DNA of 63,853 nucleotides, filler included, from Octopus bimaculoides (Eukaryota): NCBI RefSeq assembly GCF_001194135.2. It is 7 parts of 6 records of this genome, joined end to end, with 100 filler letters (N's around TTAATTAATTAA, not from the genome) between each part and the next. Parts side by side here need not be neighbours in the genome. Positions count along the whole stretch, not along the records: positions 62,599 to 63,853 come from NW_026408334.1; 6 more parts are not named here. One strand, 5' to 3'. Shown piece by piece: positions 63,261 to 63,853 of this stretch (position 1 is its first letter; each line of letters starts with the position of its first letter). The notes under the pieces were generated by a model. It saw only the letters and a program-made list of their open reading frames with translations, ran no database searches and was not told where the DNA came from. The position numbers and the translations under genes were made by a program.

Positions 63261-63609
63261 ATGACAGTAAAATGATATGACATCATAAGAATTCATAATC
63301 TGCAAGAGAACGCGAAATGATTCGTTTTTGGAACAGTGGATCTCGAAACAGGTGAAGCTAGGAATAATAGCGTATAAATATTGGGTACCCCCGCCTTGGC
63401 TAAAAAGCGGCCAACACTGTCTGTATGACTCGATCCCATCTCTTCGGTTAACATGACATGTGTTCAACCATTAGACCAAAGAAATCCTTCCAACTGATCT
63501 ACTCGTATTAGAAACTTCATTCTTACCAGCGAGAGCTCTTTATTCTCGATGTCATAAGAATTTATAAATTTCGAGAGAATGTGGAATTTTACATTTTTTT
63601 TTCTACCTT

Positions 63610-63853
63610 CTATTTGCTTCAGTCATTTGACTGCAGCCATGCTGGAGCACTGCCTTGAAGTTTTTAGTCGATTGAATCGATCCCAGCCTGGTACTCATTC
63701 TCTTTTGCCGAACTGCTAGCTCACAGAGACGTAAACACAGCAACACCGGTTGTCAAGCGGAAGGGTGGGAGAAACAGAGACACAAAGACACACATATAGA
63801 TATATATACACATATACATACGATGGGCTTCTTTCAGTTTCCGTCTACCAAAT
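63610..63853 (-). mobile_element. SINE family A, cut by the window end
   Basis: Tail, internal microsatellite and gggcttctttcagtttccgtctaccaaat. Confidence 0.85.

Overview
This is AT-rich, intron- and repeat-dominated animal genomic DNA with many N gaps. The microsatellite load and SINE families point to an octopus/cephalopod draft assembly (inference). There are no operons or CRISPR arrays, and most long ORFs in the supplied track are microsatellite or N-gap artefacts. Two spliced minus-strand genes for secreted proteins were read from the sequence. (1) A terminal exon at 1854-1612 encodes a 10-cysteine peptide with prokineticin/AVIT (colipase-fold, toxin-like) spacing; its signal-peptide exon was not confidently located. 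(2) A multi-exon gene has a signal-peptide exon (41025-40916), a 180-nt exon (34766-34587) and a probable short exon (32681-32636); its pattern resembles ependymin-related proteins, and there is an unresolved phase clash at exon 3. The rest is a transposon graveyard: several tRNA-headed SINE families that share modules, RTE and R4/Dong-like LINE pieces, Penelope-like remnants including a degenerate minimal hammerhead ribozyme, mariner/maT/Tc1 elements and MITEs, a Helitron, and a piggyBac with an open DDD core. Other oddities are a 28S rRNA fragment fused to a 5'-truncated RTE LINE and a telomeric-repeat hairpin. All family assignments come from motif recognition by eye, not from database searches, and most repeat boundaries are approximate.
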